Assembly: GCA_012026655.1 (NCBI GenBank)
Contig: JAAILG010000567.1
Coordinates: forward strand, 1 to 64,000
Length of the DNA stretch: 64,000 bases
Direction: 5' to 3'
Source: Hydrolagus affinis
Lineage: Eukaryota
The notes below the pieces were generated by a model. It had not been told where the DNA came from. It made no database searches and worked only from the letters and a program-made list of their open reading frames with translations. Positions 36,111 through 48,023 of this stretch are shown piece after piece. Each line of letters opens with the position of its first letter. Within the stretch, counting starts at the first letter, position 1. A program made the position numbers and the translations under genes.

Positions 36111-38887
36111 ATGAATACTCCCCAGAATTAGATAAGCAGGGTGCATCACTCCACGCAAAAAGGGAGCATTCCCTTCCAGACACAAGAACATTTCCATCCA
36201 TAGAAATTTATCTTACAGCACAGAAGAAGGCCATTTGACCCATTACTTGGTAATGTGCATATGTGGAACTCTTAAAAAGCATGGTGGTGGTTTTCTGTAT
36301 GTACAAGGAATATACAGTATAGAAACAGGCCATTTGGCCCAACCAGTCCTTGCTGGTGCTTATATCTCTATCACTTCTATCTTCTAATCTCTTCTTCAGC
36401 TTCTACAAAGTCCTGCTTCTTCTCAAATGCCTCTCTGCAGTCTGATTCAACCATTACTTAAGGCAACGAGTTCCACATTCTCACAACCCTCTGAGTGAAG
36501 TAGTTCCTCCTAAATTCTCTTCTAGATCTGACCAAAAAAAAGGGATTGAAGCAATGTAAACAAAAAGTTGACCACAACCGCCTCAGGACACTCATATCCC
36601 CAGATGAGTTGTAAAAAAAAAGTACCTACAAATATGCACCCATTACACTGGGCAGCCATTTCCTGTTCACTACTTTGAGATATTTTGAAGTTATATGCTA
36701 TGGAAAAGATAAGGATTATTATTCTAATAATTATTGTAACATATTGATATCCAATTGTCCTTACAGAGTAAACTTATCTGCTCTGCAACTTTATCTGGTG
36801 CACTTCCCTCACAGTTGCTAATGTCAGTTCAATCATTTGGCTTGGTTAAACTGGTTACTAACATGGGATAGCCACAGTCAAGTCAAGGGGTTTATTTGTC
36901 AGAAATAATCATGATTTCTATTTCCACAATTGAACGGTTAAAGGTTTGTTGGCAGCCTGTAGGAAATCGAAAACAGATTTAAACACGTGGGCTTTCCATA
37001 TGTTATGATACAAAACAAAAGTTGTTCTTTGAGAGAGTTGGCGCAATACCTGTGAGAATGGCCCAATATATGATTTTATAGAGTTGGAATTGGAAAAGTG
37101 GGAACATGGCTCTGGTGTACAATGCATGTCATGGATAATGAAGTGAAAATCAGACACAGCCTCAGGATATTTCCATTTCTCTGAAACCTAATTTCCACTG
37201 TGGTCCATTCCAATTCTTCAACAATGAACTGCATTTAACATATCCAGTGCTTAAAACAACTCCACGGCCCCTTTTGGGTTTGTTTTAAACTTTAATCTCT
37301 ATATTTGGAGCAACAACAAATATTGACTTGTTCGATTACCATCTGTATTCCAGGGAAAGTAGATTTGCTTTTGCCTTTTCCAAAGCGCTTTGATGGATTT
37401 ATGTCAAGAAATGTTGATTCTTTGAAGATCCCTATTAGAACTTTATTACAGATCTTCAAAACTCTGGATGGCAATATTGAACTTAAACAAACAGGGTATA
37501 TTATAAGCAGAGCTGTGGCAGTGGGACTGTGCACAGGAAGCCCTGAAAGGAAGGTTAAAAATGGGCAGACGGCTTTGGTTGGTTGGAGTTCTGGGAACTG
37601 GTCGGGTGGTCGTGGAGATGGATTGTATGATGGTAGATCTTTAATCCCATGTTTCTACTTTTTCTCACTATACATTAATAATAATATTATACATTAATAC
37701 CCTTATTTCCCAAGTAATTATCTATGTTTTATTAAGGCTGATCTCCACGGGTATCCAGCTAATAGATACAATTTTAACTTTATTTATGTAATGCTGTTGA
37801 AAGACACATCTCCAGAAGGACCTGAATCTTGAACTCTATGCATATCAGTTATTCTCCAGCTACAAGTCTGACCTAACAAGTATAACCTGGACTCATTTCC
37901 TTTGTGTGGTTTGATTAAATATGCAATTCCCATTGTGGGGAGACTATTATTTCATATTAAGGACAGGAGTGGTATAGCCTTTGGGAAGCACACCATTTTC
38001 ATTTCCAGAATAGGAATGTGTGCTGACATGTGGTGTGGGAACTGTGGAAGTATGTTATTTTTCAAATCTTCACTCTGGAGATGTAATGAAAACAACTTTG
38101 TTTAAAATTTACTCACTGGGATTTTTCAGTGGGGGGTGGGGGAGGATCAGTGGTGAAGTTATGGATTTACTACCATTGCAAAATAGTTGCAGTCACCACA
38201 CGGTTATCTTGTTCTGCTGAGAGAACAAAATATTTGAGCAAAGCCATTATTTTCTTTCCCTCCAATCTCTTCCCATCCTTTTCTCAATTTCAAACAGAGA
38301 GATTATTTGTTGCAAGAACAAACAAGATAGATTTTTGTTCGGAAACAATACCTCGGGATACAATATATCCTTTGGGACACAACGTGCCAAGTGATTGCCA
38401 GGATGGTGGAAAACGAACTGGTCTTTCGCCTAGCAAATTCTCTTGTTCTTATGTTTGCTTGGCTGCAAAACACAGTCACTATATGTGACAGTAAATCCTG
38501 TGAAAAGCTTCCACATTGTGGAGGCGCTATAAAAATCCAAGCCCTTTACCCCAGTTCTTTCTTTTTACTGAAGCTGATGTCTCTAGCTGGAACCGATCAG
38601 TTGCCAGTGTTTCTCCATGTAGCTGTACATCATGTCTGAGTCCAGGCAGTGATTGACAATACACTAATTGTCCACAAGATCATCAGTCTATCGCTGCCCT
38701 TTGTGTTGGTTTGCAGGTTCCTGCTGGTTGACTGGAAAGAGAGGGGTTGCCATCTAAAACGTGAGAACTGAACAGCAGGAAATTCTTTCATTATACAACA
38801 TTCATCATGTCAATTAAATCCCTCAAAGCATTTTGCAAAATAAGATTGATTAGAAATAAAGTAAAATGTTGTTATAATAATAATATA

Positions 38888-39190
38888 TTAATCCTTGCAT
38901 TTGATATAGTGTTTTTCACATTTTATCAACGTCTCAAAGCGCTTCACAGAATATACTGTAAAGTGAATTGACTGCGAAACGCGGCAGCCAATTGCGCACA
39001 GCAGTGCCCCACAAACAGTCGTGGATTGAAATGACAATTTTATTATTGTGTTTTTTTTGGAAGGGATTATTATTATTAGGCGTGTGGAGTAAGGAAACGC
39101 CCAAAGTTTTGCTCTGACTTGCCTGGATTCGAACACAGGTCTCAGGCTTGTAAGGCGAGCGCTCTAATCACTGAGCCTCAGGAGCTCCAC
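38888..39190 (-). mobile_element. Young tRNA-derived SINE, short form, full length
   Basis: Same head, core and tail; B box gtgttcgaatcc intact; many CpGs retained. Confidence 0.9.
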
Positions 39191-39657
39191 CTGTAGTATT
39201 CACCTACAGTTATGTAGGTGAATACTATACAATGTCTTGTTCATTTCAATAGCAGCCGTGGAGACCATAGAAAGGAAATTCTGAAATATCCAGAACTTTC
39301 ATTTCATTAATCAACAGTATAGCAGTGCAACATGGAAAAAAATAACAATCCATAATGTGAAATTTGTGAAAAATATGCAAGACATTTCAAAGCAGTGCTG
39401 GGGACCTGCCGTATTGCTGGAGGTGCAGTCCTTCGGATGTTCAGGTGTGTGTGAAAGATCTCATGGCACCGTTCAAGAAGAGAAGAGAATTTCTTCTGGT
39501 GTCCTGGCCAACAATCCCCCAGATAAGGTTGGTCATTCACTTCACACTGTTTGTGGGATGTGGTTGTGTGCAACTTTGCTGACACATTCTACCACAAAAC
39601 ACACAGTCATTACAATGTGTAGTATGTACTGTACTGCAAAACACTTTGGATTGTCTG

Positions 39658-39764
39658 AAACAAAAACAGAATTCGCTGGGAACACTCAGCAGGTCAAGCA
39701 GCATCTATGGAGAAAGGAAAAATGAGTCAACGTTTCGGGTCCACGACCCTTCGTCAGAACTGAC
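39658..39764 (-). mobile_element. 107-bp Penelope-like terminal-repeat insertion with 12-bp TSD, inside a Deu-SINE tail
   Basis: Flanks are ttggattgtctg (39646-39657) and ttggaatgtctg (39765-39776). The same family recurs at 8646, 34080 and 47938. Confidence 0.7.
39725..39761 (-). ncRNA. Minimal hammerhead ribozyme variant (Penelope-like-element type)
   Basis: Minus strand reads AGUU-CUGACGA-A-GGGUC(gug)GACCC-GAAA-CG-UU-GACU. Both core boxes are present, with a 5-bp stem II, stem I AGUU/GACU, and palindromic AACGUU in place of stem III. Confidence 0.65.
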
Positions 39765-39964
39765 TTGGAATGTCTGCCTGATGTGAAAGGTGCTACACCA
39801 AATCCATGGAATATCATTAAGATCTCCTGATAAATATGAATACCAATTACCCAATGCAAAATATTATGTATCTTCTCAACTGTTCATCTTTGCTTAGGTT
39901 ATTCAGTTATGTTATCGCTGTTGATAGAACTTTGTGTTTCATGTTATGAGCAAGTATGATTGAG

Positions 39965-40016
39965 ATATATATACATATATATATATTATATATATATATA
40001 TATGCACATATATATG
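39965..40016. repeat. (TA)n microsatellite
   Basis: Direct inspection. Confidence 0.9.
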
Positions 40017-40865
40017 TGTAGATCTAGATATTTTCAGTATGTTTCCATCAACCCTTCAGAGATCTTTCAATTCCTATCCCATATCTAACCCCCTGTGACT
40101 ATTTCAGAATAGATCAAAACTGTCTTTTTTTTCCTCAAAACTGACATTTTCACACAAACCTGCGACCAGCAACGAAAATAAAGACCTTAAAATATGACAT
40201 GACAGAAATGTGAGGTACTGTCTCTAGAGATGTCACAAATAAACAAACTGTCATAAATAGACAATGTAGCTGCAAAGCTTCGAAATGGTCAACAGTCTGC
40301 AACAGCAGGTTGCATTGATTACACTCTATGCTCTTTTTGAATAGTACCATGGGATTATAACAGGACAGGACTTTAGCTTAGTCTCATCTGAAGGACATGC
40401 TTCAACAATGCCAGTATGGCTCATTGAGTGTCAGTCCTGATATGATTTCACTTCTGGCATCTCAGCCTTGGTATGGTTAAGCAGACATTAATAAGTTGTG
40501 ACAAATAGTAACGCTGATTTGGATGGGTCATTGACTTTGAATACAAGTATACAAAACGTTTGGCAAACAGCAGCGTAAATAGCACCTTCTATTGCGAATC
40601 ACCTTAGAAAGTAAATTACTTTAACTCTAACCCCAATTATTTTACTCTGCCCCATGAGACCTTTGCTTGGCTTCAATGCTCTGAGAGTTATTAGGGTTAT
40701 TGGATCCGCATTGTGGCTTCCCACACCCCTATTCAATTCTACATGGGACCTAAAATGATACACAAAGACTTTGGGAATACTAAAGGCTGACTTTAACACT
40801 GAACCAAGCATCGAGTCTAGAATAACAGTTTGTTACAACAGTCATCCCAAGAATAAGTACTTTTA

Positions 40866-42130
40866 CAATAACAACAAATTACACGTGTATAGCGACGTTC
40901 AAGTCGGAAAGCCTTCCCAGAGCACTGGTCAATCAAGGGTTTTGGACATGAACTGGGAGCTGGTGTCAGAAGGGGAGGATGGTGGTGGGAATAGGGTGGG
41001 GAGGGTGGTTGAAGCCATGATCAAAGAGGAAGGTCTTCAGGTGGGACTTGAAGGAGGCAAGAGAGAGGGTTAAACAGTGGGATTGTGAGATACAGTTGCA
41101 GAATGTGGGGGTAGAAATGCTGAATGCCCGACACCATTGGTGGGGCAGGAACTGTGGGCGAACTGAAGCAGGCTGGTGTCCACCAAGCAGAGGGAGTCGG
41201 CATGGGGTTATGAGGTCAGAGTTTTAGGGGGGAGCAAGACTGTGCGGGGGCCTTGAAGATAAGAACAAGGGTTTTGTACTCAATTCGCTGATGAATGGGG
41301 AGCCAGTGAAGCTGGGGAAGAACAGTGGTAATAGATTCCTGGAGCATGGGGCAGGAGAGGACACAACCTGCATAGATCTGAATAGTCTGCAGCTTCTGGA
41401 GGGAAGATTTGGGAATTCCAATGAGCAGGTAGTTGGCGTAGGCAAGCCAGGATGTAATGAAAGCGTCAATCAGGGTCTCGGCGGCCTGTGGTGAGAGGCA
41501 GTGGTGGAGGTGGGCAATGTTGCAGATGTGGAGAAGTAGAGACCAGGTCACGGCATGAACGTGGAGTTTGAAGGATAACCGAGGTTCGAAAAAGGCACAA
41601 GGTTTCCGATTGGCTGGGTGAGCCATGAATGGTGATAGTGTCAGCGGCTGAGGTAAGGAGGTGCTGCCAGGAGACAAGCTGGAGGGACTCCGTCTTGAAA
41701 ACATTCAGCCGGAGAAATTTGGCTCTCATCCAGGACTTGATGTCAGATAAACAATTAATAATAATAATCCCTTGCATTTCATATAGCACTTTTCACGTCT
41801 TCTAGATGTTTCAAAGCGCTTCACAGAATATACTGTAAAGTGAGTTGACTGTATATTTGAAGACGAAATGCCCATAAGTTAGCCAGGACATCAACTGTTC
41901 CGGAGTTGAGGATGAAGATAGAGAGATAGAGTTGGGTGTCATTCACATACGTGTGTAAATTGACCCCATGCCTGTGGATGACTTCGCAGAGCAGAAGTAT
42001 GTAAGTTTGAAGAGAAGGAGACTGAGGACAGAGCCCTGAAGGAGGCCACACGTAACAGTTTGTTGGCTAGAGGAGAAGCCATTGGTGAGCACGAAGTGCA
42101 GGTGGTGGGAAGGGTAGGATTAGAACCAGC
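40866..42130 (-). mobile_element. L2-clade LINE, RT C-terminal part to 3-prime end, interrupted by a SINE tail (41754-41875)
   Basis: YVNDTQLY (decayed YADD), CLSDIKSWM, ETLIDAFITSWLAYANYLL, LHWLPIHQRIEYK; (TTG)n tail. Confidence 0.9.
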
Positions 42131-42585
42131 TTTGCTAGAAATGAGTCTCTTGGTATACTAGAAGTCCATTAACATAAACTCTATAGGAGCTGTAAGGGGT
42201 AGGTGAATCATGTGAATATTGTATTCTCATACTTACTTTCAGAGTTTGTTGTCAGTGGACAACCTGTAGCTTATTAGGAATGATATGAAAACCATAATGA
42301 ACACTGTCAAGCTGGCAAAACCATTTCAAGGAATCAACTTACCCATCCCTTTGATGTCTCCAATGAACACGCGTTTGGTTTAATTGTTGGGGTGTATTTT
42401 ATCAAGGAACATTCCTAACTAATTCCCCCAAACAAACAATGTGGCATAAAATGGAGTGGGGTGGAGAGGCCTGGGTGGACGGGACCCTCCTGAACATGAT
42501 CATACTAATTATTTATTGTTCTCTCCCTTAATCTAAACTGTAATTAAATAATTAGCTCTTGTTGGACAAAGCCCAGCTGTAGCCA

Positions 42586-42685
42586 NNNNNNNNNNNNNNN
42601 NNNNNNNNNNNNNNNNNNNNNNNNNNNNNNNNNNNNNNNNNNNNNNNNNNNNNNNNNNNNNNNNNNNNNNNNNNNNNNNNNNNNN
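42586..42685. other. Assembly gap (100 N)
   Basis: Run of 100 N; the true size is unknown. Confidence 1.
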
Positions 42686-43059
42686 ATGAGTGATTTTTTT
42701 TTATTGCTATTTGTTCTTTTGCAGCTGTTATTTTCCGCTAGGAAACATGAAGCAAAATATGTTTTTGGGTTGTTCTGCTTTCAACCACAAGAAAACAGTA
42801 CAGTTACGGATTGCAATTATTGCTCTGCCAAATTTGCGGCAAAAGGCAAGTACATTTCACACACACATTTTTTTTAATAAAACTATTATTTCCTTGTTAT
42901 TTTGGCTCTCTCGGTAGACTGCTGCTTAAATGGAGGTGAAGAATGTCGGTGGTGTGGAATGTTTCTCGACTTTTGGTACCCAATGTGTCACTATCACATG
43001 CATCCAAGTCATCTGTGGAGTAAAGCTCCCTCTGCTCTGAACTCACTGTGATTCAAATG

Positions 43060-43345
43060 TAACCGCACCCTGCTCGCTCCACCATCAGCAGTCAGGCATT
43101 CAGTCTTTCTGCCCCCACCCTCTGAAACTTCATGCCGGAGCCCCTCCAAATCGACCCTCTCGTTACACCCTTCGAGGCCCATCTCAAGACCACCTTCTTT
43201 CTTCGATCGTGCCTTCAGTCACCTTCCCTTCTCCAACCCCCTTGCCCTCTTGAACACACCCCTCAACTTGGCTGCAAACCCTTCTCTCCAGTGCCTTGGA
43301 TGTCCTCCTGACGTGAAAGGCGCTACATAAATGCAATTTGTTATT
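43060..43345 (+). mobile_element. L2 3-prime fragment
   Basis: ctcaagaccacc..cagtgccttggatgtcctcctgacgtgaaaggcgctac. Confidence 0.75.
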
Positions 43346-44689
43346 TGTAGACGAACACGCCCTATATGGCAGCAAATCCTCCTGATAGTCGGTGTAGATT
43401 TTATAGCCTACTTTGTAGCCAATTGTGGATAGTTCTGTGCTGGAGATGAATGAATGGTAGGAAATATGTTAACCATTTATACAAATTTCACAAAGGACAA
43501 CCTATATAACAACTAGCAGAGAAAGAATCTCAGAGCAATTGTGAGTACTACCAACTAGAACAATCAGGGATCACATCTGTGGTCTATTTAATATTTTTCA
43601 CAGGAAAATGGGCCAGAGGCAGCTTCCAGATCATTGTATTTGATGGTGAAGTTTCAGGTGTACAGTGTTAGTAGCCCAACTGGTAGATAATAACAATCTG
43701 TGCATTTGATATAGTGTGTTATCTTATGTCTTTGAGACATCTCAAAGCATTTCACAGAAATATATATACTGTATGTATATTTTTGTGAGTGAATTATGGC
43801 AGCCAATTGCACACAGCAGTGTTCCACAAACAGTCACGAATTTAGTGACCATATTATTATATATTGTTGTGGTGTAGCACTTTGAGGACGCTGATTTTGT
43901 TTCTTCGGAGGGAGGGATAGGATAGGATAGGAAAGGATAGGATAAGATGAGAACTCTCACAAGGAATTGTTCAAATATCATATGTGCGGCTTAAGATTTT
44001 GGAACAAATGGCTTTTTGGCTAGCTGGACTGAGAATCAATATGAGATGAAAAAATGAATGTTGAAAACCAAACAGGACTAGTGAAAGTCAGGATTCCATA
44101 AAGACCTATTCCTGGCTTCCTGCTATTTATCTTATTCACCAATGACTAAGTGAAAGTGGTTTTGTTTATTATTATAACATTTGCTGATGTTATGTGACCA
44201 AATCACAAATATAAGTTAGATAAATAGATTTCAGTACGATCTAGCCCATTTGAGCAAATAGCTAAATGTTAGCAGATAAGCATGAATAAATAATGCTGTA
44301 ATGAAACAAGAAACAGACACACACAAGATGTTTTTGTTATTTAGTAACTGGTGAGACGTTCATTCCATGAGCCTAAACTATTATCAAATCTCACAGAGTA
44401 TCTGTGAGCAAACATGAAAATGAGAATAGGTTTGGGTGTAAACACTGTAGATATGGGATAGAAAGCTGGATTTTGTAATATAATAATTGTAAGTAATTGT
44501 AAGATGAATATTATGAAGGTTTGGAAAATGAAAGTGATATTGAATAATAATAATCATCCTTGCATTTGATGTAGCGCCTTATCACGTTGTTGAGATATCT
44601 GAAAGCATGGACTATATTTTGTGGACGAAAACCTTTATACAGCCTTCAGAAATGAAACAGCAGATACCTTCTAGATCCGATCATCGCAG

Positions 44690-45670
44690 CTGAGGAATCC
44701 ATAACATATGTGAACGTGAAGTGAATACTGAAGGAATTAAATTTATGTAGGGCATCTGCAACAGATGATGTACACCCTGAAATCCTGAAGGAAATGAGAA
44801 AGGAATTAACTGAGGCTCAGGTCAGTAGATTTAGGAGTTCAATAAATTCAGGAGACTTAACTAAGCACTGGAGGAATGTTATCTATATCGTCAAATACAT
44901 ATAAAATTAGACATGAACTTGAACATTGTTGCCCAGTGCTCAGAAGAGAGGAAAGTATTCCATACGTTATAACAATAATAATAATCATTTCATTTGATAC
45001 AGCGTCCTCCCGACGTGAAAGGCGCTCTATAAGTGCAATTTGTTGTTGTTATCATATTACTGAGACATTTTAAAGTGCTTCGCAGAATACATTGCAAAGT
45101 GAATTGTGTATTTAGTGGGCAAAATTATTACATTTAGTATATATAATATATAGTACTTAGTATATGAAACATTTATGTGGTAGTCTATATGTACTTATTT
45201 AAAGAGCATAGAAGTTGCAGGCAATAATAAGCATTCGTGTAGAAGCAACAGGTTAAATTTAAAAATTCTGCTTAAAATGCAATTTGGAGGCCACTATATT
45301 TTGGGTGATTCACAAATATTCCAGCTGTTAAACATTTTGTAATCTTTTATGGAAAAGAAAGTACTGTACAGTATTTGATTAATGGGTGATGAGTGCAAGA
45401 GACATTGTTAGCATTCAAAGGAATCTAGAGCAGTTAAGTGGATGAGCTGAAGAATGTGAGATGGGTTTTAATGTAGATAAATGCACCATTATGAGCACTG
45501 GAGCAGGAAACATGGAACATATGTGGTCAATGAAGGAGCATCCATTAGCAAAAGTGGAAAAGGAAAATATTTCAGTGATTGTGGATCATTAAATGAATGG
45601 TTTTCTGTCAATGTGAAGCTGTGTTGTTGACAAGGAGAATCATATGCTGGGATACATCTCAAGCAAATTT
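44690..45670 (+). mobile_element. Highly decayed CR1 ORF2 fragments with SINE and L2 inserts
   Basis: DDVHPEILKEMRKELTE..SGDLTKHWR; QRNLEQL..FNVDKCTIM. Confidence 0.7.
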
Positions 45671-46704
45671 GTTGGAAGTTGAGTCATTCTTCAGTTTAGG
45701 CCACCCAACATTCAAAATATCACTAACAATAATCTTTTCATTTGATATAGCGCCGTATCATGTATTAGAGACATCTCAAAGAGCATCGTGGAATATACAG
45801 TAAAGTGAATTGACTGCATCTTGTGCGGGCAAAATGTGGCAGCCAATTGTGCATAGTGTCGCACAACCAATTGTGGCAAATTGTTTTTGAAGGAATTATT
45901 AACCTGGAAAAGTGATTCTCTAATCGACTAACAGCTGTATGTCGTCACAACATTTCCAAGTGCTTCACAGGATTTTTGCTGTAAAGTGAACTGAACATAA
46001 ATGTTTCTAGGTCGTACGGTTCTATGGTGTGGGGAGAGGTTCATGGAGCTGAACTTGTTTTTAGATGAGGAATAAAGACCGAGACACATTCTCAGTCCTA
46101 CAGCACAAACAGGGTGCCAGTCGTTATGCTAAACACCATAATCCAATGGTTTCCAAACTGTGGGGCCTACCTCCCTTGGGGGGTGCGTACCGTTGGCAGG
46201 GGGTGGGGGGGGAGGGAGGGGGGTGCGGGAGGGGGGTGCATGGAGCTTTAGAGTCTCATGCCCCTGACTGCTGTGGACATGACTGCGTGTGGAGCCGAGG
46301 ACCCGAGTGTGTGGAGCCAAGTGTGAAGGGGGGGGGAGAACGGGGGTTACTGAGTTAGGGGTGGCACCATTATTTAAAGTTTGGAAGGTCACTAAATTGA
46401 CGGCAAACAACAACTTGTATTTATATAGCCTCACGCAGGGTAGCATCCAAGAGCGCTCAACAGGGGAGGACCACAGCCATAGGCCAGCTAACACAACTAG
46501 TTAACACAACTGCTGATGCCTGAATTTCCAGGCCTGACCAAGCAGTTTATTGTCCTGCTCACTGCTTGAGAACCTCACAGCTCCCTTTGCTTCATGAGGC
46601 TCTTTGTGCCTGTGATCTTATGAAAGGACTTAAACCATTTCTAAAAAATGACTGTTTGTGGGACAACTGCTATGCGCAATTGGCTCCCGCGTTTTACCCA
46701 CATA

Positions 46705-47028
46705 TAATAATAATAATCTTTGCATTTGATATAGAGCTTTTCATGATTTCTAGATGTCTCAAAGCGCTTCACAGAATATACTGTAAAGTGAATTGATTGT
46801 ATATTTGTAGGTGAAACACGGCAGCCAATTGCGCACAGCAGTGTCCCACAAACAGTCGTGGATTGAAATGGCCAATTTATTGTAAGTTTTTGTTTTTTGG
46901 ACTGATTATTATTAGGCATGTGGAGTAAGGATACTTATCTAAGGTTTTGCCCTGACCTACCTGGATTCGAAACACAGATCTCACGCTTCTAAGGCAATTG
47001 CTCCAACCACTGAGCTATAGGATTCCAC
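46705..47028 (-). mobile_element. Young SINE nested antisense within another copy (host 46648-46704 plus 47029-47125, + strand)
   Basis: The host tail resumes exactly after the insert; ccacatat is duplicated at the junctions. Confidence 0.85.
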
Positions 47029-47559
47029 ATATGTAGTCAATTCAATTTACAGTATATTCTGTGAAGCGCTTTGAGATGTCTAGAAGACATGTAAAGTGCT
47101 ATATCAAATGCAAGGATTATTATTAGTAGTAGTAAGAGAGGTTGATGTTTTTGGCAAGGCAAAACATTTTGCATCATTTTGCATTGCCTGATAGGAGAAA
47201 ATTATAAACGACTTTTTCCTGTAGATTTATGCAATGCTGATTTTAGTTAAAAAGTGATTACACTTCTGATCAAGTGTTTATGCTGTTCTGTGATGACTCT
47301 GCCCTGGTCTTTGTTTGCTGTTGGTCCTGTTTTAATAAGACACTGGCTGATCTCGGAAACTCACCACACTCACTGTCCATAGATCAAGATGAATCACACA
47401 CATCTGAACTGCAATGAAAAAGCCATCAAGTAGTTCAATCTGTTTGTATAATAGGACATTACACTGGATAACGGAACATGGGGAACATTATCAAGATGTT
47501 AGGATATATGCTGGCTTCAGGCTGGGTAGTTCAGTGACCTAACATTAAACTGGAATCAC

Positions 47560-47815
47560 AATCCACTTCAATCCCATCATCATTGCACTTCAGTTCCAGT
47601 TTCATTAGCTTTTAATCCGGGGGGATCATTCCGCCTCATTCCTGGGAACACTCCGCTTCAACACTCCGGGATCACCGCAGCTCAATCCCAGGATTACTGC
47701 AGCTCAATTGCGGGATCACTCCAACTCAATGGCGGGTTCAATCCGCTTCAATCCCAGAATTATTCCACAGTAATCCCAGGTTCACTCCACACTTCAATCC
47801 CAAAATAACTCTAAT
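47560..47815 (+). repeat. Degenerate 22-bp minisatellite, about 11 units
   Basis: Units ctcaatcccaggattactgcag, ctcaattgcgggatcactccaa, ctcaatggcgggttcaatccgc, ttcaatcccagaattattccac. Confidence 0.8.
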
Positions 47816-47937
47816 TTGTTCTCAAAATTACAACCATTCCAGTCCTGGGACGTCATCTGCTTATGTCATGGGATTACAAACGTCCAGTCCCTGAATCACA
47901 CTTTCCCCCAAAGGTTGAACACTACAAAAACGCAGTG

Positions 47938-48023
47938 TTAACAAAGGGTCATGTACCCGAAATGTTGACTCACTTTCCTTGCTCCATACCTGCTGTGTGT
48001 TCCCAATGATTTCTGTTTTTATT
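47938..48023 (+). mobile_element. Penelope-like terminal repeat with CpG-decayed ribozyme core
   Basis: ttaacaaagggtcatgtacccgaaatgttgactc aligns to ctgacgaagggtcgtggacccgaaacgttgactc. Confidence 0.6.

Larger units (their letters stand above)
39380..39820 (+). mobile_element. Deu-domain SINE hosting the Penelope-type insertion
   Basis: aagatctcatggcaccgttcaagaagag..ggtgtcctggccaaca. Confidence 0.7.

Noticed and set aside
41216-42051. ORFs as host genes or an active reverse transcriptase
   Set aside because: Frameshifted L2 ORF2 remnant with a mutated YADD and a SINE insertion.
46175-46345. G-rich tract as a functional G-quadruplex or promoter
   Set aside because: G runs are real, but I have no evidence of function, and similar tracts occur in L2 UTRs throughout the window.
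47560-47815. CRISPR array
   Set aside because: Contiguous degenerate units without spacers, in a vertebrate context with no cas genes.
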